64,000 bases of DNA, taken from NCBI RefSeq assembly GCF_054482525.1, contig NZ_CM137006.1; one strand, written 5' to 3'. The notes beneath the pieces are model-generated. The model was not told where the DNA came from and made no database searches. It saw nothing but the letters and a program-made list of their open reading frames with translations. Made by a program: the position numbers and the translations under genes. Each line of letters begins with the position of its first letter. Positions within the stretch are counted from its first letter, which is position 1. This document shows positions 36,954 through 48,045 of this stretch, piece after piece.

Positions 36954-37763
36954 ATGAGTAATACCGACGCTTCAGGTGAGAAGCGAATGACAGGCACCAG
37001 CGAGCGACGAGAACAGATCATTCAGCGTCTGCGACAGCAAGGGAGTGTGCAGGTTAACGATCTGTCGGCATTGTATGGCGTATCTACTGTGACGATCCGC
37101 AACGATCTGGCGTTTCTGGAAAAGCAGGGGATCGCTGTGCGTGCCTATGGCGGCGCGTTGATCTGCGATAGCACGACGCCGTCAGTCGAGCCATCAGTGG
37201 AAGATAAAAGCGCGCTGAATACCGCAATGAAACGCAGCGTTGCGAAAGCTGCCGTTGAGTTGATTCAGCCAGGTCATCGGGTGATCCTCGATTCCGGGAC
37301 CACCACTTTTGAGATTGCTCGTCTGATGCGCAAGCACACTGACGTAATTGCGATGACCAACGGTATGAACGTAGCTAATGCGTTGCTGGAAGCGGAAGGC
37401 GTTGAGCTGCTGATGACCGGCGGGCATTTGCGCCGTCAGTCGCAATCTTTTTACGGCGATCAGGCTGAACAATCGCTGCAAAATTACCACTTCGATATGC
37501 TGTTTCTTGGCGTAGATGCGATCGATCTGGAGCGCGGCGTCAGCACGCATAATGAAGATGAAGCCCGTTTAAACCGCCGGATGTGCGAAGTTGCGGAACG
37601 GATCATCGTGGTCACCGATTCCAGTAAGTTCAATCGTTCCAGTTTACATAAGATCATTGATACTCAACGTATCGACATGATCATTGTTGATGAAGGCATT
37701 CCTGCGGATAGTCTGGAAGGACTGCGAAAGGCTGGGGTTGAAGTGATTCTGGTCGGGGAGTGA
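36954..37763 (+). CDS. agaR: DeoR-family repressor AgaR
   Basis: 269 aa, N-terminal HTH ([23 protein letters not shown]) and DeoR C-terminal domain. Confidence 0.93.
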   Translation: MSNTDASGEKRMTGTSERREQIIQRLRQQGSVQVNDLSALYGVSTVTIRNDLAFLEKQGIAVRAYGGALICDSTTPSVEPSVEDKSALNTAMKRSVAKAAVELIQPGHRVILDSGTTTFEIARLMRKHTDVIAMTNGMNVANALLEAEGVELLMTGGHLRRQSQSFYGDQAEQSLQNYHFDMLFLGVDAIDLERGVSTHNEDEARLNRRMCEVAERIIVVTDSSKFNRSSLHKIIDTQRIDMIIVDEGIPADSLEGLRKAGVEVILVGE

Positions 37764-37817
37764 GAAAGGGTGCCCGCTGGTCAACACGAATGCGTTCGGC
37801 GGGCATTGTGAACACCA

Positions 37818-38282
37818 TCAATGGGTTTCTTCTGTCTCTCGGGTGAGGGTTTCCCAGTCGGCAGGAGGATGTCCTCTTTTTAACATTTTGCTGAATACGG
37901 TATAGGCATCTGTTTTTTTACCGTAGGTGCGCAGAGTGTTTTCATCGTTCATCCATCCCAGAATGATGACTTTCTCTTTTTCACTATAACGAAAGAAGAG
38001 ACGATAACGACCAGCACCAAATTTTACCCGTGACCAGTCTTTATTTTTCCCAGAGCCTAACGACTTGCCATGACGGAATGCCGGTGATGATGGATTGACC
38101 GTGATATGCTCCTCAATCACTTTATGGACTACCGCCAATAACTTTGTGGCGGCTTTTCTCTGATAATTTTCAGGATCTTTTCCCTTTAATGTCTCGACTT
38201 CGGCAACTAAAGCGTCGTAGGTTTCCTGAAAACAGGGATGAGCATATAGCGCCCAACCATTAACCCTTTGTGGAAAATCCAT
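37818..38282 (-). CDS. yhaV: Toxin YhaV (ribosome-dependent mRNA interferase)
   Basis: 154-aa ORF; start overlaps prlF stop. Confidence 0.9.
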   Translation of the reverse strand: MDFPQRVNGWALYAHPCFQETYDALVAEVETLKGKDPENYQRKAATKLLAVVHKVIEEHITVNPSSPAFRHGKSLGSGKNKDWSRVKFGAGRYRLFFRYSEKEKVIILGWMNDENTLRTYGKKTDAYTVFSKMLKRGHPPADWETLTRETEETH

Positions 38283-38617
38283 TATTCGTCGTCGCCAATC
38301 TCATCATCAATGTTGACGTCCATGCCAGCGACAAGTTTCTTTCCTTGTTGAATGTTGAATGGACGAGTTTTTTGCGGGTTGTTCTGGATATCTGCATCCA
38401 GAAAACGCAAAAATGCATTCATAGTATGATCCTCCTGTTCATCTCCCAGTCGGCACATAAATACTTGCCCACCAGGCAGAATTTCGTAATGAATGCTGTC
38501 CTGGCCTGGCTTCAGTTTTAAGGCCTCACGCACTGGCGCGGGGATAGTTGTTTGTCCGCGTATCGTGACCTTTGATTCAGTGGTCAGTACAGCGTGAGAG
38601 CGAGCATTAGCGGGCAT
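38282..38617 (-). CDS. prlF: Antitoxin PrlF (SohA), AbrB/SpoVT-type
   Basis: 111-aa ORF MPANARSHAVLTTESKVTIRGQTTIPAPVREAL…, acidic C-terminus. Confidence 0.9.
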   Translation of the reverse strand: MPANARSHAVLTTESKVTIRGQTTIPAPVREALKLKPGQDSIHYEILPGGQVFMCRLGDEQEDHTMNAFLRFLDADIQNNPQKTRPFNIQQGKKLVAGMDVNIDDEIGDDE

Positions 38618-38765
38618 GATTCACTGTCCTTTTACAGCCTGTTTTCTGCTCAAATTATAAGCTTGAACTAAGGTAATGCAAATGCATTATTAATGGACGT
38701 GGGGGCTTTAAACAATAAAAACATGGCACTAAGGCCATGTTTTGCGAGGGACGTTCCAAAAGAAA

Positions 38766-40337
38766 TCAGGTCACCGGTGCCGGGTTAAACACCGCCAGCT
38801 GGTTATGCAGTCCCCATTGATCTGAGAAGGTTTTCTTCTTCCCGCTGGCGACGTCGAGAATAAAGTGGAACAACTTCCAGCCCACCTCTTCAATAGTTTC
38901 TTCGCCGGTAGCGATGGTGCCCGCATTAATATCCATTAAATCAAACCAGCGGTTCGCCAGCTCGGTGCGGGTCGCCATTTTAATGACGGGTACCGCCATC
39001 AGGCCGTATGGCGTACCACGACCGGTCGTAAACACTTGCACGGTGATACCCGAAGCCACCTGTTGCGTGCCACAGACAAAATCGCTGGCTGGCGTCGCGG
39101 CGTAAATTAATCCGCGTTTAGTCGGGCGTTGACCGGGCGACAGCACTTCAACAATTGCACTTTTACCCGATTTAGCAATGGAGCCGAGCGCTTTCTCCAC
39201 CACGTTTGCCAGACCGCCTTTCTTGTTGCCCGGCGAAGGGTTGGCGCTGCGGTCGGTTTTTCCCATATTGAGATAGTTATCGTACCACTCCATCTCCTCC
39301 AGCAGCCGTTTGCCGACCTCTTCGTTCACTGCGCGTGGTGTCAGCAGATGGATCGCGTCACGCACTTCCGTGACTTCTGAAAACATCACCGTTGCGCCGC
39401 AGCGCACCAGTAGATCAGACGCATAGCCAACCGCCGGGTTTGCCGTTACGCCAGAAAACGCATCGCTACCGCCGCACTGCATGCCGACAACCAGTTCTGA
39501 AGCCGGACAGGTTTCTCGCTGCCGTTGATTCAGTTTGTGCAAATGGCGTTCGGCGACCTGCAAAATATCCTAGACCATGGACTGAAAACCGACATGCTTT
39601 TCATCCTGCAAACTGACAATGCTGGCGCTTTCTACTGGAATAGCTTGCACATCATCCGTTCCAGTCAGCAGGCGCTCAGGCTGCAACTTTTCACAACCCA
39701 GACCAATCACCATTACTTCGCCGCCAAAGTTAGGGTTCAGCGAAATATTGTGGATGGTACGAATAGGCACAACTGCCGCCGGTGCGTTAATCGCCACGCC
39801 ACAACCGTACAAATGATTCAGCCCCACCACGCCATCGACGTTCGGGTATTTCGGTAGCAGATCGCGTTCAATGATTTTTACTACATAGTCCACCACGCCT
39901 GCCACACAGTGGACGCTGGTGGTGATGCCGAGCAGGTTTTTGGTGCCCACGCTGCCATCGGCATTGCGATAGCCCTCAAAGGTGTAACCTTCAAGCGGCG
40001 GTAAGGGTTCCGGGACTTTGGTTGCAAGTGGCAGCGTGTGTAACGGCGGCGCTTCCGGTAGTACAACCATTGATTCGTCGATCCAGCTTCCGCGTGGGAT
40101 TGCGCGCACGGCGTAACCAATCACTTCGCCATAACGAATAATTTCACCATTAGCCGGAATGTCCAGCAATGCGACTTTATGCCCCTGGGGAATATGTTCA
40201 ATTAATTCCAGCCCATCCGGAAAACGCGTTCCTGCTTTCAGGCCATTATCATTAACAATAATTGCCACATTATCTGTGTCGTGAACTTTTATATAAAACG
40301 CAGTTGGCGTTTCTTGTCTGATTTCGATGTTGGCCAT
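38766..40337 (-). pseudogene. garD: Galactarate dehydratase GarD interrupted by an in-frame amber codon
   Basis: Two collinear ORFs in the same frame; minus-strand reading …[16 protein letters not shown]… with TAG at 39570..39572; no frameshift. Confidence 0.8.
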
Positions 40338-40711
40338 TGTGCAATATTCTCCAGCCAGGGGTTATTAAAATGAGGACCTGGTCTCATTTAAAAATAAATG
40401 ACTTCATTGGGTGAAATAAGAATGTCAGGAGTTTAAAGGCAGAAATGTGATCAATGTCAATCATTTCAGGGATTGCAGTGCCGCGCGGTAAGGTAAAGCG
40501 CAAATCTGTGCTTTAGCGCGCAACCTTATGTGCATATGCTCAAAATAATATTTAAATAGTACTGATTAAATTAGCATTTGCACAATGATTATTATTCTCC
40601 CGCTGCTTATACTAATTCCCGAGTTCATTGTCGTAACGGCATAAATAAAACTCATAAATAACACCTTCCCCATAATAATAAAAATCAGCATAAGTACCCG
40701 AGGTAAATAAA

Positions 40712-42046
40712 ATGATTCTGGACACCGTTGACGTAAAAAAGAAAGGCGTGCATACCCGCTATTTAATATTACTGATTATTTTTATTGTTACCGCCGTTAA
40801 CTACGCCGATCGTGCAACGCTGTCTATTGCTGGTACCGAAGTGGCAAAAGAGTTGCAGTTAAGTGCGGTTTCGATGGGTTACATCTTCTCTGCTTTTGGC
40901 TGGGCCTACTTGCTGATGCAAATCCCCGGCGGCTGGCTGCTTGATAAGTTTGGTTCGAAAAAAGTTTACACCTACAGCCTCTTTTTCTGGTCGCTATTCA
41001 CCTTCCTGCAAGGCTTTGTTGATATGTTCCCGCTGGCCTGGGCAGGGATCTCCATGTTCTTTATGCGCTTTATGCTGGGGTTCTCGGAAGCGCCATCATT
41101 CCCGGCGAACGCCCGTATTGTCGCCGCCTGGTTCCCAACGAAAGAACGTGGTACTGCCTCCGCCATCTTTAACTCGGCGCAATATTTCTCGCTGGCGCTC
41201 TTTTCGCCGCTGCTTGGCTGGCTGACTTTCGCCTGGGGCTGGGAGCACGTCTTTACCGTTATGGGGGTAATTGGTTTTGTGCTGACGGCGCTGTGGATCA
41301 AGTTGATTCATAACCCGACAGATCACCCACGTATGTCTGCGGAAGAGCTGAAGTTTATCTCAGAAAATGGCGCGGTGGTCGATATGGACCACAAAAAGCC
41401 GGGCAGTGTGGCAGCAAGCGGTCCCAAACTGCATTACATCAAGCAATTGCTCTCTAACCGCATGATGCTGGGCGTATTTTTCGGACAATATTTTATCAAC
41501 ACCATCACCTGGTTCTTCCTCACCTGGTTCCCAATTTATCTGGTGCAGGAAAAAGGCATGTCGATTCTGAAAGTGGGTCTGGTCGCCTCGATTCCGGCAC
41601 TGTGTGGCTTTGCGGGCGGCGTGCTGGGAGGTGTCTTCTCGGATTATCTGATCAAACGCGGTTTGTCCCTGACCCTGGCACGTAAGCTACCGATTGTGCT
41701 GGGAATGTTGCTGGCTTCCACCATCATCTTATGTAACTACACCAACAACACCACGCTGGTGGTCATGCTGATGGCGCTGGCTTTCTTTGGCAAAGGATTT
41801 GGTGCGCTGGGCTGGCCAGTGATTTCTGACACCGCGCCGAAAGAGATTGTTGGTCTCTGCGGCGGCGTCTTTAACGTCTTTGGCAATGTTGCCTCCATTG
41901 TCACTCCACTGGTGATTGGCTATCTGGTAAGTGAACTGCACTCCTTCAATGCAGCACTGGTTTTCGTGGGATGTTCAGCGCTGATGGCGATGGTCTGCTA
42001 CCTCTTCGTAGTTGGCGACATTAAACGTATGGAATTGCAGAAATAA
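40712..42046 (+). CDS. garP: Galactarate/glucarate MFS transporter GarP
   Basis: 444-aa 12-TM MFS ORF. Confidence 0.93.
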   Translation: MILDTVDVKKKGVHTRYLILLIIFIVTAVNYADRATLSIAGTEVAKELQLSAVSMGYIFSAFGWAYLLMQIPGGWLLDKFGSKKVYTYSLFFWSLFTFLQGFVDMFPLAWAGISMFFMRFMLGFSEAPSFPANARIVAAWFPTKERGTASAIFNSAQYFSLALFSPLLGWLTFAWGWEHVFTVMGVIGFVLTALWIKLIHNPTDHPRMSAEELKFISENGAVVDMDHKKPGSVAASGPKLHYIKQLLSNRMMLGVFFGQYFINTITWFFLTWFPIYLVQEKGMSILKVGLVASIPALCGFAGGVLGGVFSDYLIKRGLSLTLARKLPIVLGMLLASTIILCNYTNNTTLVVMLMALAFFGKGFGALGWPVISDTAPKEIVGLCGGVFNVFGNVASIVTPLVIGYLVSELHSFNAALVFVGCSALMAMVCYLFVVGDIKRMELQK

Positions 42047-42061
42047 GCAAAGGTATAAGCG

Positions 42062-42832
42062 ATGAATAACGATGTTTTCCCGAATAAATTCAAAGCCGCA
42101 CTGGCTGCGAAACAGGTACAAATTGGTTGCTGGTCAGCACTCTCTAACCCGATTAGCACTGAAGTTCTTGGTTTGGCTGGGTTTGACTGGCTGGTGCTGG
42201 ATGGCGAACATGCGCCAAACGATATCTCCACGTTTATTCCGCAGTTAATGGCCCTGAAAGGCAGCGCCAGCGCGCCAGTAGTGCGAGTGCCGACCAACGA
42301 GCCGGTAATTATTAAGCGTCTTCTGGATATCGGTTTCTATAACTTCCTGATTCCTTTTGTAGAAACAAAAGAGGAAGCAGAGCAGGCGGTGGCATCAACC
42401 CGTTACCCACCGGAAGGCATTCGCGGCGTCTCCGTTTCTCACCGCGCCAATATGTTTGGCACCGTGGCGGATTATTTCGCTCAGTCGAACAAGAACATCA
42501 CCATTCTGGTCCAGATAGAAAGTCAGCAGGGCGTAGATAACGTCGATGCCATTGCCGCTACCGAAGGTGTAGACGGTATCTTCGTCGGCCCCAGCGATCT
42601 GGCTGCGGCATTAGGCCATCTCGGCAATGCCTCGCACCCGGATGTACAAAAAGCAATTCAGCATATTTTTAACCGTGCCAGTGCGCACGGCAAACCCAGC
42701 GGTATCCTCGCACCGGTCGAAGCCGATGCGCGTCGTTATCTGGAATGGGGTGCGACGTTTGTGGCTGTCGGTAGCGATCTCGGCGTCTTCCGCTCTGCCA
42801 CTCAGAAACTGGCTGATACCTTTAAAAAATAA
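42062..42832 (+). CDS. garL: 5-keto-4-deoxy-D-glucarate aldolase GarL
   Basis: 256-aa ORF, HpcH/HpaI aldolase family. Confidence 0.93.
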
Positions 42833-42867
42833 CCACCACCGCAACAAGAGAGATGATTGATATGACT

Positions 42868-43752
42868 ATGAAAGTTGGTTTTATTGGCCTGGGGATTATG
42901 GGTAAACCAATGAGTAAAAACCTTCTGAAAGCAGGTTACTCGCTGGTGGTTGCTGACCGTAACCCAGAAGCTATTGCTGACGTGATTGCTGCAGGTGCAG
43001 AAACAGCCTCTACGGCTAAAGCGATCGCTGAACAGTGCGACGTCATCATAACCATGCTGCCAAACTCCCCTCATGTGAAAGAGGTGGCGCTGGGTGAGAA
43101 TGGCATTATTGAAGGCGCGAAGCCAGGTACGGTATTGATCGATATGAGTTCTATCGCACCGCTGGCAAGCCGTGAAATCAGCGAAGCGCTGAAAGCGAAA
43201 GGCATTGATATGCTGGATGCTCCGGTGAGCGGCGGTGAACCGAAAGCTATCGACGGTACGCTGTCAGTGATGGTGGGTGGCGACAAGGCTATTTTCGACA
43301 AATACTATGATTTGATGAAAGCGATGGCGGGTTCCGTGGTGCATACCGGGGAAATTGGTGCAGGTAACGTTACCAAACTGGCGAATCAGGTCATTGTGGC
43401 GCTGAATATTGCCGCGATGTCAGAAGCGTTAACGCTGGCAACCAAAGCGGGCGTTAACCCGGATCTGGTGTATCAGGCAATTCGCGGTGGACTGGCGGGC
43501 AGTACCGTGCTGGATGCCAAAGCGCCGATGGTGATGGACCGCAACTTCAAGCCAGGCTTCCGTATTGATCTGCATATTAAGGATCTGGCGAATGCACTGG
43601 ATACTTCCCACGGCGTCGGCGCGCAACTGCCGCTCACAGCTGCGGTTATGGAGATGATGCAGGCACTGCGAGCAGATGGTTTAGGAACGGCGGATCATAG
43701 CGCTCTGGCGTGCTACTACGAAAAACTGGCGAAAGTCGAAGTTACTCGTTAA
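42868..43752 (+). CDS. garR: Tartronate semialdehyde (2-hydroxy-3-oxopropionate) reductase GarR
   Basis: MKVGFIGLGIMGKPM… NAD-binding GxGxxG; internal ATG of track ORF. Confidence 0.92.
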   Translation: MKVGFIGLGIMGKPMSKNLLKAGYSLVVADRNPEAIADVIAAGAETASTAKAIAEQCDVIITMLPNSPHVKEVALGENGIIEGAKPGTVLIDMSSIAPLASREISEALKAKGIDMLDAPVSGGEPKAIDGTLSVMVGGDKAIFDKYYDLMKAMAGSVVHTGEIGAGNVTKLANQVIVALNIAAMSEALTLATKAGVNPDLVYQAIRGGLAGSTVLDAKAPMVMDRNFKPGFRIDLHIKDLANALDTSHGVGAQLPLTAAVMEMMQALRADGLGTADHSALACYYEKLAKVEVTR

Positions 43753-43848
43753 TGACGTCGTGCCCGGATGGCGTATTGCAATCCGGGCCTGGAATCCAGG
43801 CCGAATAAGAGAAACGCCCTCCGGCGTCATGTGGTAACAGGCATAGGT

Positions 43849-44994
43849 ATGAAAATCGTAATCGCCCCAGACTCTTATAAAGAAAGTTTATCTGCCAGCG
43901 AGGTTGCGCAGGCGATAGAAAAAGGATTTCGGGAAATTTTTCCTGATGCACAGTACGTTTCTGTTCCGGTTGCCGATGGTGGCGAAGGAACGGTGGAAGC
44001 GATGATTGCAGCTACCCAGGGTTCTGAACGTCACGCCTGGGTTACAGGGCCGCTGGGCGAGAAAGTGAATGCCAGTTGGGGGATCTCCGGCGATGGCAAA
44101 ACCGCGTTTATTGAAATGGCGGCGGCCAGTGGACTGGAACTGGTACCTGCGGAAAAACGTGATCCACTCGTGACCACTTCACGCGGCACAGGCGAGTTAA
44201 TCCTACAGGCGCTGGAGAGCGGCGCGACAAACATTATTATCGGCATTGGCGGCAGCGCCACAAATGATGGCGGCGCAGGCATGGTACAGGCGCTGGGGGC
44301 GAAATTATGCGACGCCAACGGCAATGAAATTGGTTTTGGCGGTGGTAGCCTTAATACTCTGAATGATATTGATATTTCCGGCCTCGATCCGCGCTTAAAA
44401 GATTGCGCCATTCGTGTCGCTTGTGATGTCACCAATCCGCTGGTGGGCGATAACGGCGCATCGCGCATCTTTGGCCCACAAAAGGGAGCCAGTGAAGCGA
44501 TGATTGTCGAGCTGGACAATAACCTCTCTCACTATGCCGATGTCATTAAAAAAGCGCTGCATGTTGATGTGAAAGATGTCCCCGGCGCAGGAGCTGCGGG
44601 CGGTATGGGCGCGGCGCTGATGGCGTTTCTTGGTGCGGAACTGAAAAGTGGTATTGAAATCGTCACGACGGCGCTGAATCTGGAGGAACATATTCACGAT
44701 TGTACGCTGGTGATCACCGGTGAAGGGCGTATTGACAGCCAGAGTATTCACGGCAAGGTTCCGATTGGCGTTGCAAACATGGCAAAAAAGTACCATAAAC
44801 CGGTGATTGGCATTGCGGGTAGCCTGACCAATGATGTTGGCGTTGTACATCAGCATGGCATTGATGCGGTCTTCAGCGTATTGACCAGCATTGGTACGTT
44901 GGACGAAGCATTCCGCGGGGCTTATGACAATATTTACCGTGCTTCACGTAATATCGCCGCGACACTGGCGATTGGAATGCGCAACGCGGGGTGA
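43849..44994 (+). CDS. garK: Glycerate 2-kinase GarK
   Basis: MKIVIAPDSYKESLSASEVAQAIEKGF… 381 aa from internal ATG. Confidence 0.92.
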   Translation: MKIVIAPDSYKESLSASEVAQAIEKGFREIFPDAQYVSVPVADGGEGTVEAMIAATQGSERHAWVTGPLGEKVNASWGISGDGKTAFIEMAAASGLELVPAEKRDPLVTTSRGTGELILQALESGATNIIIGIGGSATNDGGAGMVQALGAKLCDANGNEIGFGGGSLNTLNDIDISGLDPRLKDCAIRVACDVTNPLVGDNGASRIFGPQKGASEAMIVELDNNLSHYADVIKKALHVDVKDVPGAGAAGGMGAALMAFLGAELKSGIEIVTTALNLEEHIHDCTLVITGEGRIDSQSIHGKVPIGVANMAKKYHKPVIGIAGSLTNDVGVVHQHGIDAVFSVLTSIGTLDEAFRGAYDNIYRASRNIAATLAIGMRNAG

Positions 44995-45026
44995 CAAGGG
45001 CGCGCAAACCCTCTATACTGCGCGCC

Positions 45027-45403
<377 letters not shown>

Positions 45404-45412
45404 GATTTACGT

Positions 45413-45436
45413 AAAAACCCGCTTCGGCGGGTTTTT
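45413..45436 (+). terminator. Rho-independent terminator after rnpB
   Basis: aaaaacccgcttcggcgggttttt. Confidence 0.85.
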
Positions 45437-45508
45437 GCTTTTGGAGGGGCGGAAAGATGAATAAATATCAACGGTATTAATAATAGATTTTGTAAGAAGT
45501 TATTAAGT

Positions 45509-46696
45509 CTATATTGCATTTAAAAGGTCGTAATCATACGTATAGTCCTCTCTGGTATAATATTGCTTCTCTGAGTTATAAGCTTCATATGTATTATATT
45601 TTACGACTTCAAAGCAATTGTCTGGAGAATTTTCGTCTTTCTCGAGTGTATTATCTGGAAGGAATTCCTCTGAGCTAGAGTCCTCTATGTTTAAATCTGT
45701 ATTGTAATTAATTTTTGGATCGATTAGATAAGCATTTCCTTTGACGCTTTCATAATCTTTAATGATTATATCGATGTAATAATCTATTTTTTCTGATGAG
45801 AATGCTTTCATCTCTGGTAATCTAATTCTGTTCAAGTAATTGTTAATTTTCGATGAGCTTTTATATATTTCTTTTGTTAATTCATTTTCTAATTCATCTG
45901 TTAGAGTTGCTCTTGGTATAGATTCTATAATTGCAAGTCTCATAATTTTTAATTGTTCTTCGGTAATATCTCCAAGCGCATTTAAACAACTTTCGACAAG
46001 CTTAATTTTTTCTTCAGAATACATATCGTTAATGCTTGTTATAACAGGCGTTATTTTTAGTAAATAATCCCATGAGATTGTGGCGTTTTGTTTTGAACTA
46101 ACGAAATTTACCTGAAACATGTTGGCATTAGTAAAATCTGTGTCATCCAATTTAAAAGGGTTTAAAATTGTATTGGCCATATGTTTATCTGTAAAATCAT
46201 AAAGTTCTAAATCGACATTCCGTAAGTCCAGAGAGGATAGATCAACTATACCTCCAGTCCCACAACTAAAGATTACGTTCAACCTCCTGATTTCATTGTA
46301 AATGTCTTTCAATGGGCAATTAACATTGATATTGCCTGTGGATATTTCCTGGTTTTTTAACGGTTCATTAATTGTAAGTTCACAGGTATTGTCTGATCGT
46401 TGAATAATTCGGGCGTTATAACCAAAAAAATCCAGACGAAGAGACGAATCATTATAAAGAATTACATTTTGTAAGTACGCTAATTCTTTTTGAAAATCAC
46501 CAGTGATAATGCATTTCCCACCTGGTTGTAACGCGTTAAGTAAAGTGACCATTTGAACAGAGGTCTGTTTTAGTTTTTCTATGCCTGGTGCTAGTGCTTC
46601 GAGGTTATTTCCTATGGGGCTTTCAGGAAGATCATTCATTTTTCGACGGGCTAAATCACAACTAATATCATTACCAATTGATGAAACAGGGGACAT
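45509..46696 (-). CDS. yhaC: Uncharacterised protein YhaC
   Basis: 395-aa ORF in strongly AT-rich DNA, Asn/Ile/Lys-rich. Confidence 0.85.
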   Translation of the reverse strand: MSPVSSIGNDISCDLARRKMNDLPESPIGNNLEALAPGIEKLKQTSVQMVTLLNALQPGGKCIITGDFQKELAYLQNVILYNDSSLRLDFFGYNARIIQRSDNTCELTINEPLKNQEISTGNINVNCPLKDIYNEIRRLNVIFSCGTGGIVDLSSLDLRNVDLELYDFTDKHMANTILNPFKLDDTDFTNANMFQVNFVSSKQNATISWDYLLKITPVITSINDMYSEEKIKLVESCLNALGDITEEQLKIMRLAIIESIPRATLTDELENELTKEIYKSSSKINNYLNRIRLPEMKAFSSEKIDYYIDIIIKDYESVKGNAYLIDPKINYNTDLNIEDSSSEEFLPDNTLEKDENSPDNCFEVVKYNTYEAYNSEKQYYTREDYTYDYDLLNAI

Positions 46697-46717
46697 TATT
46701 TTATCCTTTATAAATAA

Positions 46718-47278
46718 TCAATAAAAATCATTATTAAAATGATCGGGTGAAAAAAAGAGAATTTGCCAACAATCTGTAGGAATGGAGGTTTTATTAAAGT
46801 ACGTAGGGGGGGTTAAGATGGCTTCTTTTCGGGTGAATTTTGCACAATACTTAGAAATCGTCTCCTTAATACACTCCAGCTCTTTTTTATTGACGGCTGA
46901 GCAAGTACATTGTTCGCCAAAAGGTGCAAAAGTGCCTACATCTAATGTTTGTATGATATAATCGTCATGTTCTCCTGTAGAAATATCTATGATGAATGGA
47001 CTCATATTTTCCGGTTGGATTCGGATCATGACAGAAGGAACATCGCCTTGATAGAAATTCAATGCAGTAATTGCAGATAATACTCTCCGCAGTTCATTAC
47101 TTATACTGTATATTTTATTAACGTCATTGGTGGAGACAATTTCTGCAAACTTTCTTTTTACCGTCCAATAATCAATATTTCTGTTGTGATTGTTAACCAC
47201 TGCGTGCATTGGTGGGATTGAAGGGTGAAAAATATGTGCAATTGGGAAGCCTTTCATTGATGCCAGCCTTGTCATCAT
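46718..47278 (-). CDS. yhaB: Uncharacterised protein YhaB
   Basis: MMTRLASMKGFPIAHIFHPS…; start uncertain (track ORF extends to 47317). Confidence 0.75.
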   Translation of the reverse strand: MMTRLASMKGFPIAHIFHPSIPPMHAVVNNHNRNIDYWTVKRKFAEIVSTNDVNKIYSISNELRRVLSAITALNFYQGDVPSVMIRIQPENMSPFIIDISTGEHDDYIIQTLDVGTFAPFGEQCTCSAVNKKELECIKETISKYCAKFTRKEAILTPPTYFNKTSIPTDCWQILFFSPDHFNNDFY

Positions 47279-47512
47279 GACAAACAATAATAGATGCTTA
47301 TTTTCCTCGCACGGCACTTTCGCACTATCAAAAAACGCTCATTTACCCGGCATTACAGTAAACGAAGCAACATTCTGTGGCCTACGCCGATCAAAAGCTC
47401 TGTGAAAATTCCCCTTGTTGTCTTTGGCAGACCTTATCGCGGCGACCAGCAATTATTCGTTTTGTGATCCTCAACACAAAATGCTATTCGTCGCCTATGA
47501 GGGGAGAGGAAT

Positions 47513-47731
47513 TTATGGAAAACGATTGCATTCACAAAATGACGTCCTGTCAGAAGAGAAAAAGTTGACGTTAATCAATTGTTCGAGATGATCAATACCT
47601 GTATTCGAAATTTTAAAATATTGATAAAATAAATGTTTGTTCTCCAACAAATAACGTGAAAAAATGTGACGTGCCGCATTATTTATCGCTGAAAATGGTT
47701 TATTTATAATAAAATTTGAGAACTTGCTCAT
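47513..47731 (-). CDS. tdcR: tdc operon activator TdcR (short form)
   Basis: MSKFSNFIINKPFSAINNAARHIF…; the open frame extends upstream to 47869. Confidence 0.7.
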   Translation of the reverse strand: MSKFSNFIINKPFSAINNAARHIFSRYLLENKHLFYQYFKISNTGIDHLEQLINVNFFSSDRTSFCECNRFP

Positions 47732-48045
47732 TAAATTTAACTCAAATTTTGCCTGGTAATTATCCGGTAATTGCTTGAAATATGGTCTCAGCCCCTTTTT
47801 TGTATTAACCACATAACGAATGATGTTATCGCCATAAAATATGGTTATCCCCGTCATTTTTTTTGACAAAAATCAGGGTTTATGCTGATTTTTATACTTT
47901 AACTTATTGATATATAAAGATATTTAATTGAAATAACGATGCCCTGGAAAGTATTGAAAGTTAATTTGTGAGTGGTCGCACATATCCTGTTCATTTCATT
48001 TTGATACACTTCATGCCGTCAATGAGGTAATTAACGTAGGTCGTT

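Noticed and set aside
36719-37021. 100-aa minus-strand ORF in the kbaZ/agaR control region
   Set aside because: Lies across operator repeats and the agaR start; poor coding character
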